From assembly GCA_000697335.1 (NCBI GenBank), contig JNEM01008200.1, forward strand, positions 1 to 55,845: a stretch of 55,845 bases of DNA. The letters are read 5' to 3'. Under the pieces are notes generated by a model. That model was not told where the DNA came from and ran no database searches. It was given only the letters and a program-made list of their open reading frames with translations. Shown piece after piece: positions 25,763 through 38,175 of this stretch; the stretch's first letter is position 1; each line of letters starts with the position of its first letter. A program made the position numbers and the translations under genes. Source of the stretch: Conidiobolus incongruus B7586. Taxonomy: Eukaryota.

Positions 25763-27058
25763 TTAAATTTTTACGACTGAAAATTTTACTAATTTATATC
25801 TTAATACTAATATAAAAGCAGTTCCTATTAAACTTAATACGCCTGTATACATTATAGATGGTATAAAATTTTGAACTTGATCAGATGGTGATGCAGCTTT
25901 GAGAATGGTTGTTGCAATAGGCGATCCCAATAAGAAACTGATCGATAAGCTGAAGTATAATGGTCCATTAACTTGTGATTGATTGTCCACACCGAAAATT
26001 TGAGCAGATAATATAGGAAAAAACAAAAAAAAGCCACTAGAACTAGCACCATAAATCAAACAATAAACGATCAAAGCAGGAAAGGTTGTTGAAAATGTCC
26101 AGATGAAAAATGATGATAAGGCCATGATCACAAAGGAAGCAATCGTAACATTGATGTTACCAACTCTGTCAGCAATTCTACCCAACAGAATTCGGCCAAT
26201 AGCAGAGCCCAAATTGAGCATGCCTACTAAGAGCGAGGAGTCAGAAGTTGATAATCCATAATAGTTGGCATATAAAGGAATCAAGTAGAATGGAATCCAG
26301 TATGCAAATGAGATAAAGAATCCCATACCAAATAATAATGCAAATTTTTGATTCAAAATTAATTTCCAATCAATCCATTCCTTGGATTTGGTTCGTGTTG
26401 GTAATCTTTTAATAAGAATGACCCCAGCCATTGAAAGAATGAAACAGATCAAACTAAGCACTCTTAATGCCCATCTGTATCCCAATTTATCAATTAAAAT
26501 TTGAGTAATTGGACCAAAAGCTAAACCACCGAATCCAGATCCACTCACAGTAATACCGATAGCTAAGCCACGACGACGGTTAAACCACTGAGATGGTGCT
26601 GAAATAGCAGGAAAGAAGATAATACTACTGCCAAGTCCAAGGAGTACTGATTGCGTTAAGAAAAGTTGCCAAATTTCATTTGCCCAAGAAGCTAATAACA
26701 AGCCCAAACAAAAGATGATACCACCCAAAGCCAAACAGATTTTATAATGGATATAATCAGATAATTTAGCTGAAATCATTCCAATGAAGAAAAAGAGACA
26801 TGAACCGGTACTGCCAATAAAAGAGAGAGTCGAAGCATCAACATTCGGGAAAACCTTTTGATACTCATGCAAGAAAACACCGTAAGATCCATAAATGCCG
26901 AACAGTACAAATGTGACCAAGAAAGAACCTAATACAACAACCCAACCATACAGTACCTCCGGTTTTTCATCGTTCATAGGATTGCTTTGAGAATTTTTTT
27001 CCTGAGCGCTCAATTGGGATAAGCTTTCATCGCTTATTTGATGTGACCATTCACTCAT
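25763..27058 (-). CDS. MFS transporter, MCT/Mch-like family, paralog convergent with 22480-23793
   Basis: Same motifs ('YGWVVV', 'SQWFNRRRGLAIG', 'GRIADRVG'). First in-frame ATG at 27058 (the ORF track starts at an upstream TTG). TATATAA on the minus strand near 27122-27128. Confidence 0.93.
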   Translation of the reverse strand: MSEWSHQISDESLSQLSAQEKNSQSNPMNDEKPEVLYGWVVVLGSFLVTFVLFGIYGSYGVFLHEYQKVFPNVDASTLSFIGSTGSCLFFFIGMISAKLSDYIHYKICLALGGIIFCLGLLLASWANEIWQLFLTQSVLLGLGSSIIFFPAISAPSQWFNRRRGLAIGITVSGSGFGGLAFGPITQILIDKLGYRWALRVLSLICFILSMAGVILIKRLPTRTKSKEWIDWKLILNQKFALLFGMGFFISFAYWIPFYLIPLYANYYGLSTSDSSLLVGMLNLGSAIGRILLGRIADRVGNINVTIASFVIMALSSFFIWTFSTTFPALIVYCLIYGASSSGFFLFFPILSAQIFGVDNQSQVNGPLYFSLSISFLLGSPIATTILKAASPSDQVQNFIPSIMYTGVLSLIGTAFILVLRYKLVKFSVVKI

Positions 27059-28545
27059 ATTCTCCAAACTACACAAGAATTCTAAGATTCTTTAAACTTT
27101 GCCATGTGGGAACCACCTGCCTTATATATTCAAAATTTGGTTAAATTTTGTACTCGGTTAAAAATTTTAAGCATTCAAACCCAATCAATATCAATAATAT
27201 CAATACACAAAGCTCCATCTAAAAGTAAATGAATTTTGATTTATTGTTGGGATAATGGAGGAGGACGATAATTCAAGTCACTCAATTTTAATAGACATAT
27301 GTTTAGACGATTTGAATTGTTTAAAATTGTCAAGTAGTACAAACGGTTGAGATAGAGATGTGGAGTTATGGCAGGATATATCCGTTGTAATCAAATTCAT
27401 ATTGATTAGTAATAATGATTTTCTGCTCCAGTATCGGCTACTTTGACTAAATCTTGACAATATAAGAACCAAAACAAACCCAATTTCATATGCTAATATA
27501 AAATTTTCATAAATTGTACTTTTGATGGATCGGGTATATCATCGCTAGTCAAACTTAAAATAGAAAATAGAATACTTATATTTTCCTAATGAACTTGTTA
27601 AATTATTTAAACGAGTAGATATGTTGTCACATTATGTTATTATTATTATTTGTTAAATCAATTAAATGTCAATTATACAACTTTATCAGATACTCTTTGT
27701 AATAATATATTTTTATCTTTATACAATTCAATCATCTATTGGTAGTATATCACCAAATATTTATTGTATATTTCATAATCTCAATTATTTTAATTTACAA
27801 TTAAATTATCAATCTTCATTTTATTAAATTAAAGTTTAAAAAGAAACCAATATAAAAATTTATTTCATGAATTTTGATTCATGATATCATTGATTTTTTT
27901 ATTCAATTTTTAATATCCAAAATGGTAAAAATTCTCCTATCGAATTGAACGATTTATTAATTGATCCAAAAAACAATCGGAATTAAAACGCATATAAATT
28001 GTTAAGTCACATTATATTGATTTGATTAGTAATCAATTAGATTTTATCCAATGATATTGATAGCCGAATTCAATATTTTTGAACAAATGGGGTAATTTTT
28101 TACGACTAATACAGACATATTAGTGTCATTACTTAGTTGATTTTTACAATATTGAAAAAATTTTAAAAGAATATTATATTTGATATCCTAAATTGACTTA
28201 CCAACAGACAACAATTTTGATCTCTATTATCAGTTGTATAATTTAGTGATTATAAATTTATTCTCCTGATTATCATTGATTGTTCGTGATTTTAAGATTT
28301 ATATAAAAATAAAACTAAATATAATAAATCTAATTAATATATTCATTCATTTTGGAAAAATTAAATTTTTAAATCACATATCAATTACTTTTACTTTATT
28401 TAAAAAAAATATAAAATTTTAATCTGAATAAAAAAAAGGTAATTTTATCAATTATCCAATTTGTTAAAATAAAAAAAATGTATTTTTTTAATGGATAAAT
28501 CAAGAAATATTTGGATCCATTTTGAAGATTGAAGCTATTTATTAT

Positions 28546-28876
28546 TAACACTTCTTGGGAAAGCCATGTCCAGAGTAGTTTAAATAAAAGAGAGAGACTT
28601 GGAGAATTGCAGGTAAGTGTTAGAAAGACAGAGGGTTATTGGTTTAAGTCAAATAGCCGGGAGGACCCAGATCGAACTCGTCTTGTTGAAGATAGCTTAG
28701 TTCCGGGTTTTATATAGAGTGAGTTGGGTAAAGAGATTTATGAGATACTCCAGTGACTTGCATCATCGGCCAATTAAAAGATAGAGCGGGAGCAGAGGGT
28801 ATGCGAGGGGAAATGATTTTGACATTAGGTTGATATAAGGATACTTGGGTAGAAGGGAGTCACCTAGCTCGTGGCA
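28546..28876 (-). mobile_element. Probable degenerate solo LTR (331 bp)
   Basis: Sharp GC-rich island. The minus strand starts TGCCAC and has an internal TATATAAAA (28708-28716). Imperfect termini TAACAC...GTGGCA, flanked by TTAT at 28542-28545 and 28877-28880 (possible TSD). Confidence 0.5.
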
Positions 28877-30582
28877 TTATATATGCTAATAACTCAAAAA
28901 TTATTTCCATATTAATGCTTGTCTTTTTGCAAATTTCAAGGGCTATTTTAGTAATATGATTTTTTAACCTATTATTACTGGTTTTATAATCTGTAGCTAT
29001 TGAAAAATTGTTAAAATCACCTTTTGTCATTACTATGATTATATATTTCTAATGCTAATATATATTTATTAATATTTATATTAATTCATATTAAATAATT
29101 TCCCTTTCCAAAGTTAATTTATATTGTCTCTATATCTAATTTTAGCTCACGATCAATCAATAAACTGTTATTAATAATTTGGTCAAGTTTTCCTAGTATA
29201 CAAGGTTCATCAATTACTATAATCAAGTTTAACTTCGTTGAGGTATAATCACAATATATTAATATTACATTTTTTCTAGTACTTTTATATTGAAAAATGT
29301 TATTTTCAATTTATATATTTCTATTTATATCAAAAATTTCTAGAGTCTGTATTTTATTAATCAATATAGAAATTGTTGTATTTTGCATATATAAATTTTT
29401 CATTATTATTTCATCAAAATTCTAAATTTATAGTTATTTTAATATTTTTGTATTATTATTATTATTATTGTTATTATTATTTTAGTAATGATTATTTAGA
29501 ATTTTTAATTTTTAATCACGATATTTTTCAAAGTATGAAAATACTGGTATAATTGAGACAGATACCTCTTGTTGATTGAGGAAATTTAACAAAATATTCA
29601 GCTAATCTATGGTTAAATACCTGTTGATATAATGTCAAAGGAATTGGTGAATTAATTTATGCCAAGAGCAATAAATGCGATAGCAAATTGAATTTATTTT
29701 GTTAACATTTCGTTATAACAAGCATCATAAAATTATAAAATCATGAATGTTAGAAGAGTAATTTAATATAATGCCGAATCTTTCAGTTTGAAATTAACAA
29801 GTTCAAATATTGAAACAGTTAAGTAATATAATACAAATATGAGTTCACTATCAATTAATAAGCTGGTAAATAAGATTTGGCATTGGTTAGAAGGATGAAG
29901 TATTTAAAGATAAGGTACCTAGTAGCATGAAAATTGTTAACTTAGTCTTTTTTATATATCATTTTTTGGATATTATCTACCTTATTTTAAGTAATTTGTG
30001 TTAGAAAATTTTTGAGATATATCATTTGAAATAATTCTAAATAATTTATTTATTAGTAACTTGAATTTTACATCTATTTTAAGTCATATTTAAAGGAAGA
30101 TTCCATTCAACCTGATATCTCAGTTTAAATGGTTTATCAGTGGGATAAACTATTAACCTCTGAATGTTCTATCTCTATATTCAATTTTTTAGATTATTAC
30201 ATCTTAAATGATCATATATTTAACATATGTTGAATTTTAAAATCAAAGGATCAAAATTTATATCCGCTGCAATATTTAATATTTATAAGCATATATTATT
30301 CTTATAAATAGAACATTATCCACTTTTTTCTCATCCACTTTAGCTAGCAAATTTATCATAGTTTCGATCTTATTTGATATAAAAAGAAATTATGTTAATA
30401 TCAAAATAATCACAAAGATAATAAGAAAAATTGAATAAAGGAATAAAAAAACCAATTGATGAATTAGGTCTGATTGACAATAATGACTGTAGTATAATTT
30501 TCAAATTTGTAATAGTTTCAAGGTTAAAAATATCGATATTGAGTTGTCAGTAAGAGAGTGAATTTGACTGATTTTATATTTA

Positions 30583-31049
30583 TGTCGCGGTTATTAGCTC
30601 TTGGAGCGTCATTGAAGACACCAACACAGCCATTCCGTAGGTCAGATTGTGAAACATTGCACCTACCAACTGGGGTAAACTATTGATGATCAGTTCTCTG
30701 GCTATCCGGCCATAATCATTTGTAAACGGGGTGTTGTAATGAGCGACCAGACCAGTAGCAACAGTGGCGGCGTTAGGATCCGACATACTAGGAAGATGGA
30801 ATCACAAAATATCAATAGGAACGAACGTAAAATGAATAATGGAAGATGACTCAAGTGGAGCTATAGTTAACTACTTAAATATACTAAAAGGGTGGTTTTT
30901 GGAAGTAGGAAAATGGTTTATTTGTGTAAAAAAGTGAGGACACTCAGATATGGGGCTGGTAGAATGTTGATAAGGCGTAATTTGGTTAACCAGAAACTTG
31001 GTAGTGAGTTTGAGTGAGAAAAAGTATCAATGAGGTAGCAATCATCACA
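30583..31049 (-). mobile_element. Solo LTR 'A' (467 bp) containing the start of a putative gag ORF
   Basis: TGTCGC...TCACA termini (TG..CA), flanked by ATTTA (30578-30582) and ATTTT (31050-31054). TATA-like TATATTTAAG on the minus strand at 30874-30883. The 68-codon ORF from 30786 runs to the element end and stops only in the flank. Confidence 0.7.
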
Positions 31050-31054
31050 ATTTT

Positions 31055-31355
31055 TGTGACGGATTTGATTCTGTTTCTCCCACCATCCAGCCAATAGAAT
31101 CATATCATGTGTATTTAACTCAATTTCAATACTGGTATTACCGTATAAATACCATCTTTGGTACAACAACTAAGGCTCGGCTTGTTATTGTGTGCAATAT
31201 CTACAATAAATCTTACTTATTTACCTTAATATATTTCTGTTTATTAGTGGTTCATCCACCAGTATACAGCACAGTTCTAGTTGTGCGGGTTATGAATTGG
31301 TGACAACTCCCCGTAGATCATGATTTCAGTGGTGATGCCACTGAGAACTGTGACA
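31055..31355 (+). mobile_element. Solo LTR 'B' (301 bp) with a perfect 5-bp TSD
   Basis: TGTGAC...GTGACA termini. TSD ATTTT at 31050-31054 and 31356-31360. CCAAT (31091), TATAAATA (31144-31151) and AATAAA (31205-31210) occur in U3-R-U5 order. Hairpin TCAGTGG/CCACTGA at 31326-31344. Confidence 0.85.
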
Positions 31356-31365
31356 ATTTTAGCAA

Positions 31366-31449
31366 CCGACTATAGCTCAGTTGGTAGAGCGGGAGACTGT
31401 AGTTTAAGCTGTAATCTCTAGGTCACTGGTTCAATTCCGGTTGGTCGGA
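31366..31449 (+). tRNA. trnY: tRNA-Tyr(GTA) with an 11-nt intron (31403-31413)
   Basis: Acceptor CCGACTA/TGGTCGG, D arm GCTC/GAGC, anticodon stem GGAGA/TCTCT with CT-GTA-G, T arm ACTGG-TTCAATT-CCGGT, discriminator A. A TTTT run just downstream. Confidence 0.96.
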
Positions 31450-34400
31450 TGCATTTTAATTTCAATTCAAAATTACCTTTTCAATAATTTTATATTTATT
31501 TTTGCATTGATTTCTCTTTCAGATCATATGTAACCTTTCTCAGACAATATTAAAATTCTTATCTGAATTCATTCAAAATTATGGAAAGTTAAATATATTA
31601 GTAATATTAAATGTATATACAAGTATTAGATAAATTAAAAGTATTGAGATAAATTAATAAATATTTTAAATGCCATATATATAACTCGTATGTAAATTCA
31701 CGATCATTATGATAAATTTTTAAATAATAAAAACTTTGAAAAGGAATTGCAGAGTATAAATAACTTATATAATTTAAACTATTATTTGATTAATAAATTT
31801 TGAAAATGATTTAATAATCCTATACTACGGAAAAAATGTGAAATTTTTTGATATATGCCTATTATCAAATAAATAATATAATTGAAATAAAAATCATTAA
31901 ATGGAAACCTTGTTGTCTAATTTACTAATTTTTTTGATCTTTATAAAAAATTGTATTTTATATCCGGAATTCAATACAATGAAAATCTATATATTCTAAA
32001 AACATTATATTTTAAAATTTTTTATTTCCTTAACCCAGTTTGTAATACTTTTTGCTTGTCTGGAATTATTCTTTTTATTTCCTCTATATTTCAACTATTA
32101 TTATATTCCATTATCTCAGAATTTCCTTTTAGCTGCTTTAATCAACTTGTAATATTTTGATAGAACCATATTATATAGAATTGCTGACTATGAATGCATT
32201 ATCGATATAGTAATTGATATAATTTTCTTAAAGCAAATTTTATCTTTTGCATTATGTATTTTTAACAAATTTTTCGTAATTCATGGTGATTTTTCATGTT
32301 CTTACTGTGTTTATACCAATACTGTCGGCTAAATATCTTTGGAATGGGAAATAAATCCGATATGAATACACTTCTATATTTTAGTTCATCTAAGGGTTTT
32401 TGATTCTGATCACCTTTTTTAATGATAACTCTCAAAGTTATATTACTTTCAAATAAAATTAATTTTGTAATTTGATTTTCTAAATTGGGTTATTGAAAAA
32501 AATAAAATTTGTTATTAATTGTCCAACTCTATTGGTTAATTTCTGATTGAATCAAATGGTATAGCCTATCCAATTAATAAATTATTTTCTTAAAACAAAT
32601 GCATTATTTATTGATATATATCAAAAAGAATCTACTAATCTCTAAAGCAAACATTATTATCATATAAAGCATATATCCATCAGACTAATAGAGAGATGAG
32701 TTAAACTAATGATTTAATAAGCATTATTTATAGTATATTTGATATATTAAAAAATATTTTGCAATAAATATAATATATATTCATTATAAAAAATAATCCA
32801 ATGTTATTTGTCAGATTAATTTATTAAGAAACAATGATTTAATATTTGTATCATTTATAATAAAATTTTTTTAAAGATTTAAAATTATTATTATTCATAA
32901 TAGATAAAATTGATTGATATAAAGGGCATGTTTGATAAATTAAATATTGATTATAATTACCAATAGCATTATACTTAAATTAATGAATATAAAACTATAT
33001 TTTAAATGAAAATAAATAATATAATAAATTATATAGAAATTGGAAACCAGCATATTGTTGATTTAAATCCTTGCATTAAAAAGTTTTAATTAAATCAATA
33101 TATATCATTATATATATATAAACATAGTAAAAATATAAATATTCATATTAAAAATCCATAATCTACATTAATTACACAAATAAAGCAATTATTCTTGAAT
33201 ATAAGTTTTTTAATAAATTATCATAATTTTCTAAAGTCTTTAAAAGTTATTACAGCATTAAATTGTTGCAAACTTAATATTTATTTTAATTATCAATTTT
33301 GAAATTTCATACTTTTTAATGACAGAGATAATTGCGTTGATTGATGAGTTAAAAATAAAACATTAATGGTAAATATAAATGATTTATTTATTGATCAATT
33401 ATTTTAATCCAATTAATCAAATCTTCCAAATAAAGGGATTTTATATCAATTGTTATTGATATAAGTATCTTTACGTTATATAATCGAAAGCTTTTTTGAA
33501 CAGATAATCCTAATATGCATCTAATAGTTCGCTTTATTAGAGTAATGAAATAAATTTAAGGGAATCAAATTTATTTAGTTGAATTTTAAGTCTAAAACCT
33601 GAATCTCTTCGAAATATATAGAATTAAAAATTTTAAAATTTGATATTATAATAATAATGAAATTTTGTCATTATATTTTTCACCATATTATCCAAAATGG
33701 ATATAATTCAATCAATTTTATATTTTGCAATAGACATTCTAAATCTTAATAAATTTAACAATATTTAGCCAAGTATTATTTAGTTTAATATGAGTTATTC
33801 ATATTCTAATTTAGTAAATTTTGTAAAGTTAAAATTTGAGAATTGCTTCAACAACTAACGGTTATGACTTATTGGATTAAGGAGGATAAATCATGATTAA
33901 GTTACTAGAGTACCTTTGAAAAGTTTGCCACTATTATAAATTTGACAGTTGAGTTTGTTTAACTGCAGGGAGTATAAGGGGAATTCTATATAAATAAAAC
34001 ATATAATTGAAAAAATCATTAACCGGTTTAAAATCTAAACCAAATATATTTAAGTTCCTTTATAAAATTGAAGATCTCAGTTTTTCAATTTAATAATATA
34101 TTGCATATATGATATATTGGAAAATCTTCAAGATTATTAAACTAAATTATAAGATAAATTTTTCACTGATTCAATAAAGCAAAAATTATATTAACGTTTC
34201 AATATCAATCTTCTAATTAAAACTAATAATCTACAAAATTATATTCAGAGCTAATATTAGAACCATTTCCAAATTTATCAATCTTTGAGATATAATATAT
34301 TTTCGGAATTGTAGCTATTATAATAAAATATAGTATTTTGAATGTCATCTTGACAATCACATTATAATTCACAATTTCATCAATAATATAATTCTTGCAA

Positions 34401-35879
34401 TTTACAAATTTAATAATAATCCCAACATTTGTGGTTAACATAAATATTCATATTATATCACAAATAATCTAAAGTCTAACAAAATAATATTCCAGTATCT
34501 TATATTAAGGTTAATCGAATATTCTATTTTTCCTCAAAATATTTCAAAATAAGTGATATATAAACTAAACAATGGTTAACCAAACGTATATATCAAACTA
34601 AAGATATATTTCGAAACTATTAAGTATATTCAAATCAAATACACAAATAAATTTCAAAAATAAGTATTCAAGGTATTTTTTAAATCAATTAACTCCCTCA
34701 ATTAACCTTAATTGTTTAAACTGGTTATAAGTGGTGACCTATTACCCTATATGATCAACCGATCACTTATTTATCAATTGATCAAAGTGGTATACTCAAA
34801 TTCTATTCATTGTTATACTAGGGAGAATAAAATCAAAAATCAATATTTTCTATCAGATATTTATATTCTCCCTATAAAATTATTTTACTTAATAAATTCG
34901 CCACTTATTCTCTTAAAATATATTCTAAAAATCGTTATAATTTTTAAATATATTTATTTAACCAAATTAAATTTTTTAATATTCTCTTTTGTTAACCTTT
35001 AAAGATCTCAAATTTAATGATCTCTAAAATTTAAAATACTAAAGATCATATTAAATTGGTTTACTATTTATTGTAATTATTTGCATATCAAAAAAGTTAG
35101 GTACTATAGTTAATATAGTAATACACTAAATATAAATCATTAATTAGTATGTTCTTTATTCAATTAATGGATATATTTGAAAATACTTTTTTTGACACTT
35201 GATGATATTTGAACAAATTTTGTTAGATTTAATTGATAGGTTAATCTATATATGTAATTGTATAATTAAAGTTAGGAATAGTTAGTATACTCTCAATTTA
35301 GATCAATTGTCTCAATGATAGTTATTTAAATTTCTTAGGTGAAATAAACCGAATAATGAAGTTAAATATTCAAACGCTTTTATATTTGAGTGATGAATAG
35401 AACAAAAAATTATTTATCTTTTTTGATATTTCTAATTACTTAAATGTTCACAATTTTGCTTTATAATTATTGAGAATACAATGCAGTAATTAAAATATTA
35501 GAATATACTTATACCATTTTCTTTCTAGATTTTAAAAGTATTTTATGTATCGAGTTAAAATAATTATATATGCATATACACTAATTCCTAAAGTAAATAT
35601 CTATTCAATTAATCATTATCTATTTGAAAAGAATTTTCTAATATAATTATATTGATAAATAATAAAATTTCAATAAAAGTTTACCAAAATTATTTAGAAA
35701 TAATATAATGAAGAGAGTGTTATTATCCATCTATTTATCCTAAAATAAAATTTTTTCTTTTAATATTTGATTTTAATCTAAGTTTATTAATTAATTTATA
35801 CTTGGTAATATTTAATGAATAGTATACATATTAAAATTAATATATATATTTGTCAATTCTAAAATTGATTTATAGATAT

Positions 35880-36160
35880 AATTACATCATAAGATTTCAT
35901 CTTGATTAAAACATTAATAGTTAACCTTTACTCAATATAGATCTAGCTCTTGAGATATCTAATATGAATGATACAATAATGAGGAGGGATGTGGGGTCTT
36001 TGGATAAAAGTGTGAAAAGAGATGATGAATCATTGAATTTGATCAACGGAAATGTTCTTGTTTAATTGGTTCACTATTTGTCTCTTATCCAGGATTGAAG
36101 AATATTAGCTTGGGCGAAAACTAGAGGAGCAGCCAAGAAAGTAAATAGCTTCAAATCCAT
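35880..36160 (-). pseudogene. Pseudogene of the small secreted I78/potato-inhibitor-like family (copy 1)
   Basis: Starts MDLKLFTFLAAPLVFAQANILQS, then a stop and frameshifts. The remaining sequence is colinear with the intact copies. 3' end approximate. Confidence 0.75.
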
Positions 36161-37884
36161 TATATAATAATCATTAATTTTATTATTTAATATTATTAAG
36201 TTTTAATTATTATATCTGTTGTAATAACGTCGCTTGATACTGACTTGAAATCCTTTTAATAACAATTATACACTTAATTAGGGACAATAAATTATTAAAC
36301 AAATATTTTAAAACTATACCACTCTATTCCTGAAAAATTAGAATAGATTATTACAAAATTTTCGACTAAATTTGTGAAATATTTTTTATTAATAAGAAAT
36401 AACTGATTTTTGGTATAGATAAACTAAAATTGGGTTCTTTTGTCTAATTAAATATATTATAATATTTATACTATCAATATCTTTTATTTTATCCCAATGA
36501 AGTAATTTTTAATCAATTTAATTCATATACCTCAATTGAAAAGATCATTTAAATTTTTTTTCATTGGAAATAAAGTTAATCACTATGAGAATGAAATTCA
36601 ATAATATATATTATTTGGAATGATGATGTATATGAATAATTTAAATATATAGAGATATCATTATTTTATTTCCCGATAACAACATATTTAATATTCTCTA
36701 TCTATTTCTAGTATTTATTGACAATATTTAAATTTTCAGCCAATTCATTACTACAATGGATTTTTTCAAAATTAATCCAAACAATATATTAAAATATTTG
36801 TTATTTTATATATATTGAATTTTGAAAGTAAAGTATTTTATTTTTTAAGCTAAATATATGAAATAGGTTATATTATTACTATTTTGTTTGTGATATATGA
36901 ATTAATTTACAACTTAAATAAATTCAATCAAAATAATTCTAAAATTCAAATATTAGACCTTGACTTTTATAATAATATATACAGGTATTATCATTTATTG
37001 TTCAAAACACTAGAAATTTTGTCGCTTTAATTGAAGAAAGAATTTTAATATGACGATATGTCACTTAAATTAGATCAATTAGAATTAAATTTTGCATGTA
37101 ATTTTATATATTTAATTGTTTAAATTATTTCAATTTAATTAAACTTGACATTAAACTTGAGTAATATTTTTAATTTGGAATGGTATATATTTGAAATAAT
37201 CTGGTTTGTCTTTTATATATAATTAATTCTATTAAGGTGTTCCAATTTTTTAATTGAATTTTAAATACAATTATTAATATTGATATAAAAATTTAGAATT
37301 AGAAAATTAATAATTATAATTAAATATATATTTATTATATAAAATATTAAATTTTTAATTATATTTTTTAATATTATAACTTATATAATTATATAACAGA
37401 TATTACAACTGAAATGGAAAATATATTAACTCTATAAGGTTATATGGTTGGGTTCAAAAAAGGTAACACTTTGTGTAGAATTACTTATATTAATGAATTT
37501 TCAATAATTGAGAATGATTCATATTAATGTATATATCAGAGATTTGGGTTTTGAAAATACTAGATATGTAATAGCCATTATATACTATAAGGGATATACT
37601 ATATTTCTAGTCAAGTTATTTCAAAAATTTTATTTAATAATTTTGATATATTGTAAATATATAATGTCCTTAAATTATATAAATTAATTAATATTCAACT
37701 ATAAAAATTAATATACAATTTCTATATACCAATTCTAAGTATAAATTCTAAAAATAAATATTAAATATTAGTAGATATAAAGTTTCAAAAATAAATAAAA
37801 AAACAAAAAACAAAGTGTCTATATTGGTTTTCATATTATTTATTCCTTGTCTAATATTTATATTATAACTGAATATAAAATAAT

Positions 37885-38175
37885 TTAATTATATCCTAAA
37901 GTGACTACTTCATCTTTTTCATTGACATAAATAGTTAATCTTTGTTCATTTTAAGCAAAGTCACCAGGATACTTGGCACCAAAAACACGATGATTTTCTG
38001 TGAGTTTGGATCTTTGGACAAAAGTATGAGAAGTGGTGATGAACCCTTTAATTTCATCAATGTAAATGGCCTTGTTGAGTTGATTAACTCATCTATCACC
38101 TTTACAGGATTGGAGAGTAGACACTTGAGCGGAGACAAGAGAAGCAGCAAAGAGAGCAAAGAGATTCAAGCTCAT
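37885..38175 (-). pseudogene. Pseudogene of the secreted inhibitor family (copy 2), closest to 39596-39886
   Basis: Full 291-nt frame with two nonsense codons (TGA at 38089-38091 for Trp, TAA at 37951-37953 for Tyr) and the terminal Cys changed to Tyr. Confidence 0.9.

Noticed and set aside
30918..31303. ORFs 30918-31169(-) and 31109-31303(+)
   Set aside because: Lie within or across the solo LTRs, with no protein-like features.
31951..35002. Short Ile/Leu/Phe/Asn-rich ORFs (31951, 34223, 34712; likewise 2503, 6114, 24905, 52734)
   Set aside because: Composition is what chance ORFs in very AT-rich DNA look like; several start at non-ATG codons.
37885..38175. Stop-codon readthrough or an alternative genetic code rescuing inhibitor copy 2
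   Set aside because: Two different stops (TGA, TAA) plus loss of the terminal Cys; intact genes use TAA/TAG as ordinary stops and TGG for Trp.
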